Positions 41,058 to 54,588 of a DNA stretch of 64,000 nucleotides are shown one piece after another. Made by a program: the position numbers and the translations under genes. Each line of letters opens with the position of its first letter. Positions within the stretch are counted from its first letter, which is position 1. This DNA comes from Octopus vulgaris (lineage: Eukaryota): positions 66,092,001-66,156,000 of the forward strand of contig OX597818.1 of assembly GCA_951406725.2 (NCBI GenBank). The letters are read 5' to 3'. The notes beneath the pieces were generated by a model, which saw only the letters and a list, made by a program, of their open reading frames with translations, was not told the origin of the DNA and ran no database searches.

Positions 41058-41114
<57 letters not shown>

Positions 41115-41139
41115 CATATTCATATATATACATACACAG

Positions 41140-41218
<79 letters not shown>

Positions 41219-43199
41219 CGTGATCACCGTGAGCGAGCAGGCTATCAGATGTTGCAACACATCGCCGGTCACAATGCGCTTCGCATTGGTTCAGCCTTCA
41301 AATGACGCTTCAAAAGAGCAAATAAATCTTATCAATTGGAACTCGTAAGCAAGCCATTCACTGTCTTTTGTCATGCAGAAAATGGTTGTAAATACAGCTC
41401 GGCCAGCTCGCAGCGCCACCTATCCAGACTGTGAGATGCATGCATTTCGGAGTGGTTATCTACTCTTCAGTCGCAGACAATAGACGAGGGTGCTACGAGC
41501 TGATAAGTGAGATTACTTCTCATACGTTTTTCCAGTGATATTGCAATGAGATGGAGCGCTAATCGGTGGTTCATCGTAAGAAAATTACGGGATGTAAGCG
41601 CAAAGCAGTGATGTGTATAAATGCAATATTATTACCACATTAAATATGATGGTGGCACACTGGAATTCTTAAGCAATCCATTCACTGTGTTTTGCCAAGA
41701 AGAAACTTTCTTACTGTAGACAAATGGCGTGAATACACCTAAATCAGAACGCAACACCATCTATACGGACTTTGAGATGCAAGCATTTCGGAGTAGTTGC
41801 CTCTTATTCAATCATATGTATATATGTATTTGTTATATTTATGTATCCCTGTGTGTGTGCGCGCGTGTGTGAGAAGATATCTATGTAACTAACGGTACGT
41901 ATCCGTTTTTCTGGTTGTGTATAATTGTTTTTTTTTTCTATTCCAAATTCAGTATATTTTAAAGTGCACGAAGAGAGTGAGTGATTCATTGTTATATAAA
42001 ATATATTATTTTATCTGTTTTAAGTTAATATATTTAATTTTTTAACAATTTTTTTTCTATTGTAGGATAAGCGTGTGAATATAATATCCACAATAGAAAA
42101 TTCCTCGCAGAAACAAAACAAAATACAATATATAATATTTTATGAAATACATACTAAATGAGACAAAATGACAGTCTGTCGGTGTTTATTTTTCCTTCGA
42201 TGAAGGTAAATAAACAAAACATTTTTTTTCTCATATTTAAATGTAAAAAATAAAGTACCCAATATTATTATATAAAGTTGCATGAACTTTTGGGAAGTGG
42301 AGAATTTTTACTATGCCCCCCGAAAAAATAAAACTACTTCGCTTCACAAAGCTAATGCGGCAGATATTTTTAGAAACACAACGAAATACATTTCTTAACT
42401 GTGAGCGAATTGAAGATAATTAGTTGGTTTTCCAGCTGTGTCAACACAATGCAGCAATAGTTTTAAAACAAGAACTTTTCATTATGAATTTTATAGCGTT
42501 GAGAATAACTTGACAGTTTACTTCCATTTAAGCATTTTATTTTTTTACCTGTGAACTTTTTTTTTGTTACTCCCTTCCTATTAAAACCAATAGCAAGGAA
42601 GTCTTGTGCGGTTCATAGTATTATTGCTCTACGTGATTTGATAGGATTGTAACGCTAAGACAATGTGCATAATCCTGATAAACTTACATAAAATTAAATA
42701 AATATTCGAAATAGAATTGTCTCACGCTGTGTCAGAATTTATAATATCACCCGAAAGAAACTCCTAAGTACTGTTGTACCATCAAAGCACTTTCAATTTG
42801 GGAGTTGTTGTTGACTGAGATATATCAATTTATAGGCCACTTCTCTGTCATATTTTGAAGAAAGTTATACAGACATCACTTGAAGGTGACGGGATATTTT
42901 CATTCTTTCGTTTGTTTCGCAATAACGGAAAATAGAGTAAGGCCTCTTAATGAAACTAAATATGTTGCGCTGCATTTATGATTAAAGAGCTGGAATTGTG
43001 TAAGGAGCGTATGACTCGTTGCTTCAGTCATGATTATTAAACTCAAAGCTATACAAATCTCTTCTAGTATGGCTCTGGCTCATGAATTTCTTAATTCAAA
43101 AGCCGTCACGAGCTACTTGGTCATTAATCACTCGACGTTTGATTAATGTAAAATATTAGACGAGCATTTTTGTTGGTTTAATATGCTAACATTCTATTA

Positions 43200-43420
43200 A
43201 GGCAATGAGAGCTAGCAGAGTAGATAGCACGATGGTCAAAATGTTTAGCGGTATATCGTCTATTTTCGCGTTCTGAGATCAATCTCCACCGAGATCGGAT
43301 TGCCTTTCAATCTTTGGAGTCGATAAAATACGCACAGGAGAAAAATGGCGTCAATGTAAGCGATTGAAATTTCTCCTGAAATTTCAGACATTTTACCAAA
43401 TTTGAAATCAATTTGCTAAC
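43200..43420 (+). mobile_element. SINE family B (degenerate)
   Basis: It contains gagctagcaga...ttagcggtatatcgtc...ttctgagatcaatctccaccgag...gcctttcaatctttggagtcgataaaa. Confidence 0.65.
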
Positions 43421-44641
43421 AGCCTTGCATTAATTCCCACTTTGTAATATTATTGGACGCATTAATATTTATGTGAGGTATCGCAAGAAAATTGCTGGTA
43501 ATCGAACAGGTCTATAATACTTATAAAATGATACTGTACGAACCACACCGAACAAGAGTTTCTGCAAAAAGTATACCGAACATATAAGTACATATTCCAG
43601 AGCATTCCTCTTTTTTTTTCCTGTCTCTACTTGCCTATGTTTCCGTGATTGACGGTGACAACTTTAAATGAGATATTAAGAAAAGAATAATTACACAGAG
43701 ACCGAATATATTTTCCGCTTATTTTCTGTTTGTTTCCATAAGACTAACAATGGACACCGTGTGCATATTCAAAACGTGTTGCATAGATATGCGCAGGCAT
43801 AGCTGTGTGGAGAGAATACTCTCTTTGCAACCACTTGGTTGTGGGTTTCGATACATTGTAAGGCATCACAGTCTCATATCTTTTACTACATTTGTGAGTA
43901 AATTTGGTAGGTGGAAACTGCACGTGTCTCTGTGCCTGTATATGGGTCCAACTCACCTCTCGAGAGCTAGTGGTTCGGAAAAGGGATTGATACAGTACAT
44001 TCCAGAATATGTCGATTTCTTTTGAAACTCGTCATAGCCGCAGTTGAATGAATAAAACGACAAAGAGATACAAAGCATAAGGTACACGACGCTATTTCGC
44101 AGGACTGTGATTCGGATAAAACTGATTGCGGACAGATTAAAACAACACGACACAACTCTGGAAATGGAAAGGAAAAATCAATCGAAGCTAATATGGAGTT
44201 AAGACACAAAGAGAAGATAATTAAATTAGCATAGTTTTACTAATAATAATGAGTAAGTAAAGTAGTCTACGTAATTTGCGGAAACTAACTTATAGTTTCA
44301 GGAATTATATATTTCTTGAAAATTTCTTTAAAGGGAAATAAATGATAGCCATAAATGTTATCATAGCAACATTTATGCCAATAAGAGGCGACAGAATATT
44401 TCAAATGGAAAGACATCCATTGTCAAACATTATTGGATTAATGTGAAAGTTCTGCTTCAAATATCTCAGAATATTCCATATTTATGTCAAAGATGATAAT
44501 GTTATGCATTAAATTAAATTAAATGGAAACGTTATAAACCCGAGTAGACTACAGGGTTCGGCATTAAAACATTTGAATGTATTTATTAGAACCCTGGTGG
44601 AACTGATCCACGCACACAGATATGCATATATCTATGTATCA

Positions 44642-44825
44642 ACATGTGGACGGGTGAAGATTTTTACATTTTCTTTCGGAATTTCCTCTGCGTCCTGTTG
44701 CTGAAGAAGAGCTCTGCTCGAAACGTAAAACACCCTTTCATTCCTTATCTGAGCGTCTTATCAATATCTTGCATGTACCAAATCCTCGTCTTCAGCTTTT
44801 TTCCTATCTATTTTCATCAACTTTT
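44642..44825 (+). mobile_element. Solo PLE pLTR fragment with HHR (44696-44732)
   Basis: The motif reads UGUUG-CUGAAGA-A-GAGC-UCU-GCUC-GAAAC-GUA-AAACA. The flanks are homologous to 2027-2240 and 10028-10240. Confidence 0.75.
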
Positions 44826-44830
44826 AAATT

Positions 44831-44890
<60 letters not shown>

Positions 44891-44944
44891 ACACACACAT
44901 ATTTACACACACACACATACACACATACATATAGATACAAATCT

Positions 44945-45720
44945 CTCGGTCTGCATCATCCGAAAATAATGGCCGATTTCAGAAAGATAATTTTATTCTG
45001 GCAGAATTAACAAAAAATTGTTTTTATTAGTCAAAATATGTACACCTATGCATCTCATCCATCGAGCAACGTGATTATTTATACCTCGTTGATAAGAAAT
45101 TTATTGGCTTTGATGCTAAAAAATCTTTGAAAGCTGATTTCGCATCTGGTTTGAACATGAAAGCTTTCTCACTTAAAACGTGTTTAAACACTTACAAAAA
45201 TGGTAGTCAGTGGGTGAAACATCAGGAGAATATGGAGGATGGGCTAAATTCTCGTATTCCAAGTATGTGAGTTTCTGCAGCTTCATTCTTGCAACATGTG
45301 GTTTTGCATTATCGGAGAGCAGAATTGAACCACGCCGATTCACCAATGCAGGTCTCATTTCTTGCAAGTGAAAATGCGTTTCAGTGAGTTGATTGCAGTA
45401 AACCTCTTCAGTAATGCTCTGAGTGGTTTCCAGAAAACTGTAGCAGACAACACTAGTTGCAAATAACCAGACATCTTCGGCTTTGGGAAAATATTTGGGG
45501 CACTCATCACGATCAAGACATTGACGTGATCGTTTATGGTTATCAGAAAGAATCCAATTTTCGTCACAAGTGACTATTTGTTAAGGGAAAAGATCATTGG
45601 TGTTTCGCAGAAAGTGCATCGAGCACACTTCGAAACTTTTCGGAACTTGCTAATAGTTTGATAAATGGAAACACACGAAAATCTCGTTCCTTGTATCACT
45701 CAGTTGTTTCTGCTAAACAT
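44945..45720 (-). mobile_element. Mariner transposase remnant
   Basis: ORF 45173..45367 encodes ILLSDNAKPHVAR...LAHPPYSPDVSPTDYHF. An IVTCDENW segment lies upstream at about 45555-45580. Confidence 0.88.
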
Positions 45721-46244
45721 TAATAAAACTATAAAAATACTTATGTTTTCAGTTCTATATTTCCTGTCTGCATTACGAAACACGCACACAAACACAAGAA
45801 CACAGAAACACACACACAAACACAACCTCAAATATATATATATACACACACACAAACCCCACATCCAAACACAATCCCATATATAAGGTGTGAGTGTATA
45901 TTCGCGCATCGTGAGGTGTTAACATTATTCTGTTATTATGTTATGCTTTCCAATATTTGAAGAGAAAGGGAAAATATATCCATAAATGCTTCCATCGAAT
46001 ACATGAAACCACGTTGGCGAGTATTTATTGACTATGTTTTATTTCTTTTTGTGTATTCTGCAAAAAGACATATATTCTGTTCCTCAATTGTCCATCTAAC
46101 AGAAATAATTCACACCATTCTTAGGGATTTTCACTGTGAAATAAAGTCTGTTTTCATTTGAAGGTTAAACATAATAGAATTTGGATATACAGTGCTAGGA
46201 ATATTCTCGAAAAAAATACAAAATAATACTATATATATATAAAC

Positions 46245-46324
<80 letters not shown>

Positions 46325-46499
46325 GTACATACTATGGATATGTTTACTGAAAGTTTTATTACATATATAACACGGTGTGATTTAATAGCTGAGGAGTTGT
46401 GTTTAAGTAAATGTTAGATGAATCAATGCAAATATTGCCACAATCATCTACTGATGTAACTGAAGTTTTTTTTATAGTTCTCTAAATAAACAAAGGAAA

Positions 46500-47000
46500 A
46501 TATACAGGTCGGTGTATGCCATGTACTGCTAGATTAATTACAGGCCATAGGAATTGAGCCTAAATCGTCTGAAACACAACCCCAGCCGGTAGAAAATTGT
46601 GGTGTTCCATCACCAACGGAACCTATAAATGCGAACCCTTCAGAAGAGAAAAAGAGGAAATCATATCTTAGGAGAGAAAGTCATGACATATTCGATCGCA
46701 TGCTACAACCAAGAGTGCCATATTGTCTATTCCATCAAGTCTTCTATCCCAGGAATGGTTTTCAATGTCATCAACGGCATTACCATAAAGGAAGCGTTCA
46801 GTAAAGAAGGTAATAAATAATCGGAGACGAGATGAAGCCAAACACAACGACGACGAATTCTGAACTCTAATTCCGATATAACAGGGCTGAGTAAGCAACC
46901 AGTATAAGTTCCTTCTGCGTGTTGCTCCTCTGAAACATCTGGAAGCTGATTTGCTTTGTTATAAGAGAGGAATAGGAACAACATTTGAAGAAGGGAAGTA
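46500..47000 (-). mobile_element. hAT (Charlie/Buster-like) transposase remnant
   Basis: Degenerate motifs occur in order: LDGIDNMALLVV..DFL (resembling LDESTDxxxxAxLxV..EDFL), DGTP (resembling TDGAP) and VHGIHR (resembling HCxIHR). Confidence 0.45.
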
Positions 47001-47084
47001 AAAGCTGGACGATTGACTTAATTGGATTGTAAATTCTCATTTACGGACAAATCGAAAATATTTGTATCTGTTATCTTTCATCTT

Positions 47085-47560
47085 TTATCTTTCTTAGTAA
47101 TTAGATTACGTCCATGCTGGGGCACTGCCTCGGAGAATTTCCTTTAGTCAAACAAATCGATACCACTAATTATTTTTTAAAGCCTTGAACTATTGCTATT
47201 GTTCTTTTTCAATGGAAAGCTAAGTTACAGGTATGTAAACGCACCAGCCTCAATTGCCAAGCCGTGCTGCGGAGCAGAGGACCAACGACACACACAATCA
47301 TACACGCAATCCCCCACCTTCACACGTACCACACAATCGCACACAAACTCGCGCAGTCATACATATACACGCAACACACACGCACACCTACGCACATAGA
47401 TATATGCGGCAAGCGTCTTTCAGTTTTCTACCACATCCGTCCGCAAGACATTATTTGGCATGAGGCTTTACAAGAAGATACCGAATGTGTGACGTAATGA
47501 AACTGAACCGGGATACCATTCGATTGGGAAGCAAGCTACTTACGTTAGAGCCACGCCATT
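47085..47560 (-). mobile_element. Degenerate SINE family A
   Basis: It contains ccatgctggggcactgcc...aaacaaatcga...aaactgaaccggga...gcaagctactt...gccacgcc. Confidence 0.6.
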
Positions 47561-48127
47561 TCCGGTTAGACAAACGTCTTCACCAGGAAGCAGTTGCACT
47601 GGTTGCATTTAAGTGTAGCTGAGACAACGTATTCTTCCAGTAATGCTGCCATTTCAACCCGCAAAACAATATCGAGTTGCTGGTGACAAATATTCATGTT
47701 TGGATAATAAAGGCGGGGATCATTTCAAGCCAAAGAAAATTGAAGCGAAAAGTACTTGGGATCCTTACAAATATGCTGCGTAGAATGTTTTGGTGAAGAT
47801 GCCAGATTTCTGAGAAACTGTAGAATTATTTTGAAATAACTACAGCTATGACGATGAGAGTTCCAGTTTATGAGATCCAAGGAGAAGCCTGCATGTGAGA
47901 TTTACGTGCAACTGGCTGGACATTTTACAGAGACGTGTACACTTCATGTTGTTCTCAGGGAGATTCAACATAACACAAACTGTGACAAAGCTGGTCCATT
48001 GAATTACAGGTAGAGTTCATCTTTACCAGCGGCATTTACTGGAGTGACGTGAAATAGATTGTATTTCTAAAGGGGACAGTGCACTACTGTCAATTAAAGT
48101 GACGACGTTATAATCAGGAACCGAGCA

Positions 48128-48549
48128 GCATATATTTCTTTACTACCCACAAGGGGCTAAACACAGAGAGGACAAACACGGACAGACAGACGGATTAAAT
48201 CGATTATATCGACCCCAGTGCGTAACTGGTACTTATGTAATCGAACCCGAAAGGATGAAAGGCAAAGTCGACCTCGGTGGAATTTGAACTCAGATCGTAG
48301 CGGCAGACGAAATGCCTATTTCTTTACTACCCACAAGGGGCTAAACACAGAGAGGGCAAACACGGACAGACAAACGGATTAAATCGATTATATCGACCCC
48401 AGTGCGTAACTGGTACTTATGTAATCGAATCCGAAAGGATGAAAGGCAAAGTCGACTTCGGTGGAATTTGAACTCAGAACGTAGCGGCAGACGAAATACG
48501 GCTACGCATTTCACCCGGCGTGCTAACGATTCTGCCAGCTCACCGCCTT
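48128..48549 (-). mobile_element. SINE family B with tandemly duplicated 3' part and 12-bp TSD
   Basis: Units are about 48133-48315 and 48317-48549. The TSD AGGAACCGAGCA lies at 48116-48127 and 48550-48561. The central GCCTTTCATCCTTTCGGxTTCGAT resembles the Meta/MESC-type SINE core, from recollection only. Confidence 0.85.
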
Positions 48550-49202
48550 AGGAACCGAGCAATATAGCCATTAAACTATGACTCTTCATGAAATAACTAA
48601 GAGTAGTGAAATAGAGTACTTATCAAATAGCTCCCACATTCTATTTTCGCCAAATTTCGGGATCATTAATGCGCAGTCGAAGAACAGGAAAATCTTGTCC
48701 AAGTTGTGCCAAAGGATCGAAACCTCTGCCACACAGTTCCCAAGAATACATCTATAGAAGACAGTTATACTGGCACCGATATTTTTTCTCTACGTCACAT
48801 AGACTAGATTTAATAGTAATATACTTATCATTACTATTTCTATAGAATTACAGTTATCATGATATCTAAAAGAATGTCAGAAGATAATGGTAATGATAAT
48901 TATGATGCTGATAATAATAATGTCTGGTGACAGTAATGAACAAGATAACCAGGAGTAAGCAGGCTTCATTATATTACTTTATCACTGATATTGTTTACTT
49001 AATTCACTGAAATAATCCGGCAGCTTATCAAAACCAGATAATTCCATCCAATTTTGTCTCTCCATTTTATTCTCATTAACTTTGCGTATTCTTGCTTCTT
49101 ATGTCTGTGAAATGTTTCATCCCGCTGTCTGTCAAGCAGCCTGATTTTACTAACTTTTCATAGAAATTCTCATTTAAATCTTCAATTTCTCCTACTCCTG
49201 CC

Positions 49203-49208
49203 TATCTG

Positions 49209-49282
<74 letters not shown>

Positions 49283-49300
49283 AATCTGACTACTTATCTA
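49203..49300. repeat. (TATC)n microsatellite
   Basis: Seen by direct inspection. Confidence 0.95.
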
Positions 49301-49365
49301 TCAAATCTACGAATAATTATGAGTGTACACACGCGCATATACACTCACACACACGCATATATACA

Positions 49366-49403
<38 letters not shown>

Positions 49404-49439
49404 TTTATATATATAAATATATACATATATACATATAAT

Positions 49440-49700
49440 ATAGGACCACCAGTTAGTTATCTTAATAATACTCAGAATTAAAACATAAACGCTATCAACA
49501 AAATTCCTCGTAACAACATAGTGTTTTTGTTTTAATAACTGATGAGGATGTCTTTTAGCCCCGACATTTGAAACTCTGAGTATTATTATGACAACTAACT
49601 GATTGTCCTATATTTTATCTTTATAGTTAATTTCTTCTCTTTACATAATATCGAGGTCTCATTCATTCTTTTGTTGTCATATTATTACTATCGTTAATAT
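49440..49700 (+). mobile_element. PLE 3' end with short inverted copy, related to the 1011-1985 element
   Basis: 49440-49479 is the reverse complement of about 49571-49612. 49620-49695 is homologous to the reverse complement of 1011-1080. Confidence 0.7.
49533..49588 (+). ncRNA. Complete type I hammerhead ribozyme motif
   Basis: The motif reads UAAUAA-CUGAUGA-GGAUGUC-UUUUAGCCCC-GACAUUU-GAAACU-CUG-AGUA-UUAUUA. Stem I is 6 bp, stem II is 7 bp with two G-U pairs, stem III is 3 bp, and cleavage is predicted after A49582. Confidence 0.8.
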
Positions 49701-49721
49701 ATATTTATATATGTTTCAAAT

Positions 49722-49900
49722 TTACAGAAAAAGAAAGACGATGACAGGTGAAGGAACAACAATCAGGTGTAGTAGATTAACGCTCGGGAAGAATGTATTA
49801 GTTTTTGACATTTCGAGCCTACGCTCTTCGACAGAAACGAGTGAGAGGAAAGAAAATTGAGATACGACGAAAAAACCCCTGAATCGATAAATAACAGGAC
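49722..49900 (-). mobile_element. PLE pLTR fragment with variant HHR (49801-49838)
   Basis: The motif reads GUUU-CUGUCGA-A-GAGC-GUAG-GCUC-GAAAU-GUC-AAAAAC. It is the same family as 636-815. Confidence 0.65.
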
Positions 49901-50514
49901 GCAATATCAATTGTAGAAGGGTGTGCGTATTTGTGTGTAATCCTCAAAAGATTTAACATATTTGCTCCAAAAAGACTAATATAATATTTATTTGGAAGCT
50001 GAAGGAAATCTGTAGATGCACCTCGACTCACTGCATTAAGGTTCAATCTGGTGTCTGAAGGCATATGATCAAATTGACGTATTGAATTAATTCAATAGAT
50101 ATCAAGATACAAGTAATGTGCAATAAATATAGAAAAGATAGTATGTTACGGTGTTAGAAATAAGAGAAAATAAAGGTTTAACAAAATTAATGAACAATGC
50201 CACAAAGAATATATTGTATTTATGGAGATGTAATTTCATAGTAAATGTTTTGATCTGAGATCAAGTGTCGAAACGAAATCGAAAGCAGCATGCCGGATAT
50301 GTTGACTGGCAAAATATTTTGAAGCATTTTATTGTATATTTACAAAAATTCTCTTGCACATTCTGATCTACATATTACAAATAATACTTCTATAGGTAAT
50401 TGTTATCATTCTTATCTGAAAATATAAGTGTAGCACGTGAAAACAAATTCGTGTGTGTGCGTGTGCCTGTGTGTAATATATTATATTTATGAATTTATAT
50501 TTATGATATATATA

Positions 50515-51090
50515 CAGAGTGCGATGGGTAAATTGTCACCATTTTATATTTTTTATATTTCGGCTATGCGAATGTTTGTTCATGGTTTTTTTGACTTCAC
50601 AGAATGGTAGGCTCAGCTGGGCACCATTTATGAGAAGAAACAGTAACATGAAGTAATGTATTCTACCAGAAATTTGGAAACGACATGTTGTACTGTTTGG
50701 TATTCGCGCCGGAATCTCCTATGCGAACATTTCAGAGTGTTTGGTCGTCAACCTAAGGACAATGCAATGCGAGGACGTGTGCAGAATGATAAAAAATGAA
50801 ACATCCAGTCAAAACATGGTGTTTGTAGTGACCACTAGTGATCACGACATTATGCGTCCATTCATCTTCCCACAAGGCCTCAGAATCAAGAGGCCAACAT
50901 CAAGTGGCTGGAGGAGATAGTGCTGCTGGAAGACCCTATGTTTGGCAAAAGGACTCTGCACCTTCCCTCATAAACACGAGAACACAGTCATGGCAGACAA
51001 TTTCTGCCACCATATCACGCTTAGCAACTGGCCACGTCACTCTCCAGACTGCAATTCCCTTGTTTAATAAGTGTGGGGCGCTGATTAAGC
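50515..51090 (+). mobile_element. maT (DD37D)-like Tc1/mariner remnant with left terminus
   Basis: It starts at TA-CAGAGTGCG and contains AGRPYVWQKDSAP and NWPRHSPDCN motifs. Confidence 0.75.
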
Positions 51091-52571
51091 TTATAAGTTT
51101 TCGGCGTATGACGAACTATATACAAATTCGACCAAAAACCGTGGGATTTAGAACGCATGAAATTGCATTTACCAAATTTCCATTCGCCTTCTTTCTTTAA
51201 CACAGGCATATATGTCTGCTTATTTTCATCGATGTGAAATATTTCCATTTCCTGATGCCTTCCAATCTATCATCTTCTACGAATGGTATAAAGAGATAGA
51301 AATATAATATTCTCTCCCCTTTGTCTTTTCACTACTCACTCATAACATTTCGTTTTATTCTTAAGGCACGTGCCCCAAAATGAGTATCATATCCATTACC
51401 AAGAATCATTCTCACTGCACATGCGTAATCAATAATTTTTCTGATCAGTTCTTTTAATTGCTCGGCAAGTTGATGCTGTAACTTACTGTTATATATATAT
51501 ATTTATGGGTTCTGAAATAAACAAAACATATCCTATTTATTTACTAAGACTCACCTTCTATTATCAAATGAACAAGTCAACAATTCCCGCTTATTAGATC
51601 TTCGTTAATTGAACCCCCGTTATTTAAACATCCGATGCATATCACAATAGTATATTTTGTGGCAAGCTACCAAAAACTGCGTGTAAGATATAAGATATAT
51701 CTCTACTTATTCTACGTAGGATCTGAATGTTCCACTGCCTTTTGAATAGAAAAACACTGACGTCTTTGGAAAATCCAGGCAATTCCTGTCAGATATTCAA
51801 ATATGATTTATAAACTTTAGAAACACTACCTGTTTTAACATTCTCTCACACAATCCCAACACTCCTTTATATTTCATTCCAATTACCCATTAAAATTGAT
51901 TTGTTAAACATTCGGAAAATATAAGCATGATATCTGAAGGAATCTGGTTATTCATATATTATTGATATACGATAAGCGCTTTGAATTGTATTATTTACCA
52001 TTAATTGGACGAATCGATTTTCATTTATACAATTGACTTCGCCGATCCTTGAAAGATACATTTGCGTTTGAATGTTCAACGGCGGTGCAACAGCATGGCC
52101 GCAACTCTGAGCTGAAACTAGAAAAAAAACCCCCCAAAAAAACCTCTGACTTCGGTCTTGTTTCACTCGACTAAATATTGGGAATTTGTGGTCTACATGA
52201 CAAACTACACGAAAATGCAACGCGTCTAATCCATTTCTATCAGTTCATTAACAATAATGCCACTTTTAATCGTATTTTATTCGAAGGCCATTCTTGTGGA
52301 CATTGTCCACCGAGTAGAATCTTCTGTTGTTCTAGTTACGTAGGGGTGCATAGACCCAATATCCGACTTCTATTGCTTTTTCTTTTCCTTTTTCAACCGA
52401 GGAAGGACAAAATGAACTCGAACTGGATGTGAACTGGGAATAAATCTTCCTACAAGCATTATTAGTTAACTCCAACCGAATCTGCTAAAGTGAAACGATC
52501 TCTTCGAAAAGCATGGACTCATTTAATATAAGAACTGATTCCAAATAAGGAACATTTATGCATTTCTTTAC

Positions 52572-53030
52572 ACTTTTATTCTTTACTTGTTTCAGACATT
52601 ATACAGAGACCATGCTGGAGCAATGTCTTCAAGAAATTTTATCGAATGATTGAACCCCAGTACTTATATTTGAGCCCTTTTTGTGTCAATCTCTCTTACG
52701 GAAGCTCTAAGATACGTGGACTTACACACAGCAACATCGTTAGTCATTCGAGGGTTGCTGATGCACACACACGCGCGAGCGCATGCACACACATGCATAC
52801 ACACACCTATGTACGCACAAATGCACATGCTCGCGCAGAAGCACACAGACACACAGACACACACACACACTAGATACATATGCATACGACCGTCTTTTCT
52901 TTCTTTCTGACAAGGTTTGGTCGACCGAACTCATAGTAGCAGACATTGCTGAAGGTGTCTCGCAGTGGGACTGAACCCAGAATCAGATTGTTGGAATGCA
53001 AACGCCTTACCGCAAATCCACTCCGTGTTC
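52572..53030 (-). mobile_element. Degenerate SINE family A
   Basis: It contains ttttacttgtttcag...ccatgctggagca...cgcagtgggactgaaccc. Confidence 0.65.
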
Positions 53031-54459
53031 TTAGGATCATTCTTTTATCGATTCCAGAAAGGTATACACATACGTTTACCTGAGCAGGATTTGAAATCAG
53101 AACGTCAGATGACGAAACTAAGCACTACAAGCTAATTAATCTATCCTTCCTTAGTATAAGTCACAATCACATTACGGAGACTCGTTACCCTTCGTTTCAA
53201 GGCGAAGTCAAATAAACCAATATTACATTTATACTATGACTTATAATGTCGAAGACAACATCTTCATCGACTGTCATTGAAAAGGTTATCTTGCTACAGA
53301 ATATAATATAACCCTGTATAACCTCTAATAAGACAATCTAATCTTCTATCATGAATAGATTTATAAGAGGAAAAGCTCAGGAGAAATAAGGTTAATTTAT
53401 ATTTTACTCCTCTCCAACGATCATTGAATAAGTTAGCTGTAAACATACTCCTGTGTTAGTAATAGCATTGGAGAAAAAGTGAACTGCGTTCAGAGGCGGA
53501 ACAAAATAACAAAATATGATGTTTTTTTTACGGCAGAATAAGTCAAATAAGATTATCATATAAATATACGTAAATAATATTACACACACACACACACACA
53601 CAGGCGCACAAACAGACAGACACACAGACACACACACAGAGACACACACACACATACCAAAGTTATATAGGAACGAACAAATACAATAATAACAGACAAA
53701 ATAAGGAAAAAATAAAAAAAATAACCTACAACGTCAACTATGTATTGCAACATTGAAGGTTTATAAATAAAGAAAAATTCCTCGCAAAAATCTCAAAGAA
53801 GCATCAAAGAATTGATTATAGAATCTTCCTTAGATGTTTCACTCAAATTTCTTAAACATCGGATTGATTCTTTGTTTTTCAGAATCTAAGAATATTTTTT
53901 TTCGTAAAACTTCTCTTCCTAAGAATTATTCCAGCTCGATTTTATTTTTTAAATCTTATGTGGAAGAAATAATTTTCTACACCAAAGAGTCACGTGTTCC
54001 TTTTATCCTACTTTACATCTTTCAATGCTTTTACTGCTCTCATGTATGTTTGGTATATTTGAAATTGCAAAACAATTCTTCTTAAAAAAAATATGTTCAT
54101 ATGTCATAATAAATACTACCTCATAGTTTTCATAGTCACTGGACGTAACCGGAGATAGATATTTGTTTCGTGAGACCGATCTGCTCACATGAACTTTAAA
54201 TATTAAAAGGTGTTAACAGAAAGGAACAAAGTAATGCTTGCATATTCACATGATGCTTCGTCTTCAGCAAAGCACTAAACCGTTTCTGAATTTAGCATAC
54301 GTCATTTTTTTAAAACTTTGTGTAGACAATTATACTTGGTATTTACGGGGAGAATTCTACACGAATTCTTTGAAGCCACTACTCAAATCTTAAATATTTT
54401 ATCTACACCTAAAAGATGGATGCAAACTCCTCCTCGGCGGCACTTGAACAACATTTTTA

Positions 54460-54538
54460 TACATTATTTACTTTATTTACATTTCACGGATATTTGTCCA
54501 CATCATGTTTGTTGATTACACAACGTTTCGGCTGATAC

Positions 54539-54588
<50 letters not shown>

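Noticed and set aside
46540-46984. Host gene exon in an open, higher-complexity stretch
   Set aside because: There is no consistent frame or splice-bounded ORF, and ordered hAT transposase motifs on the minus strand explain it better.
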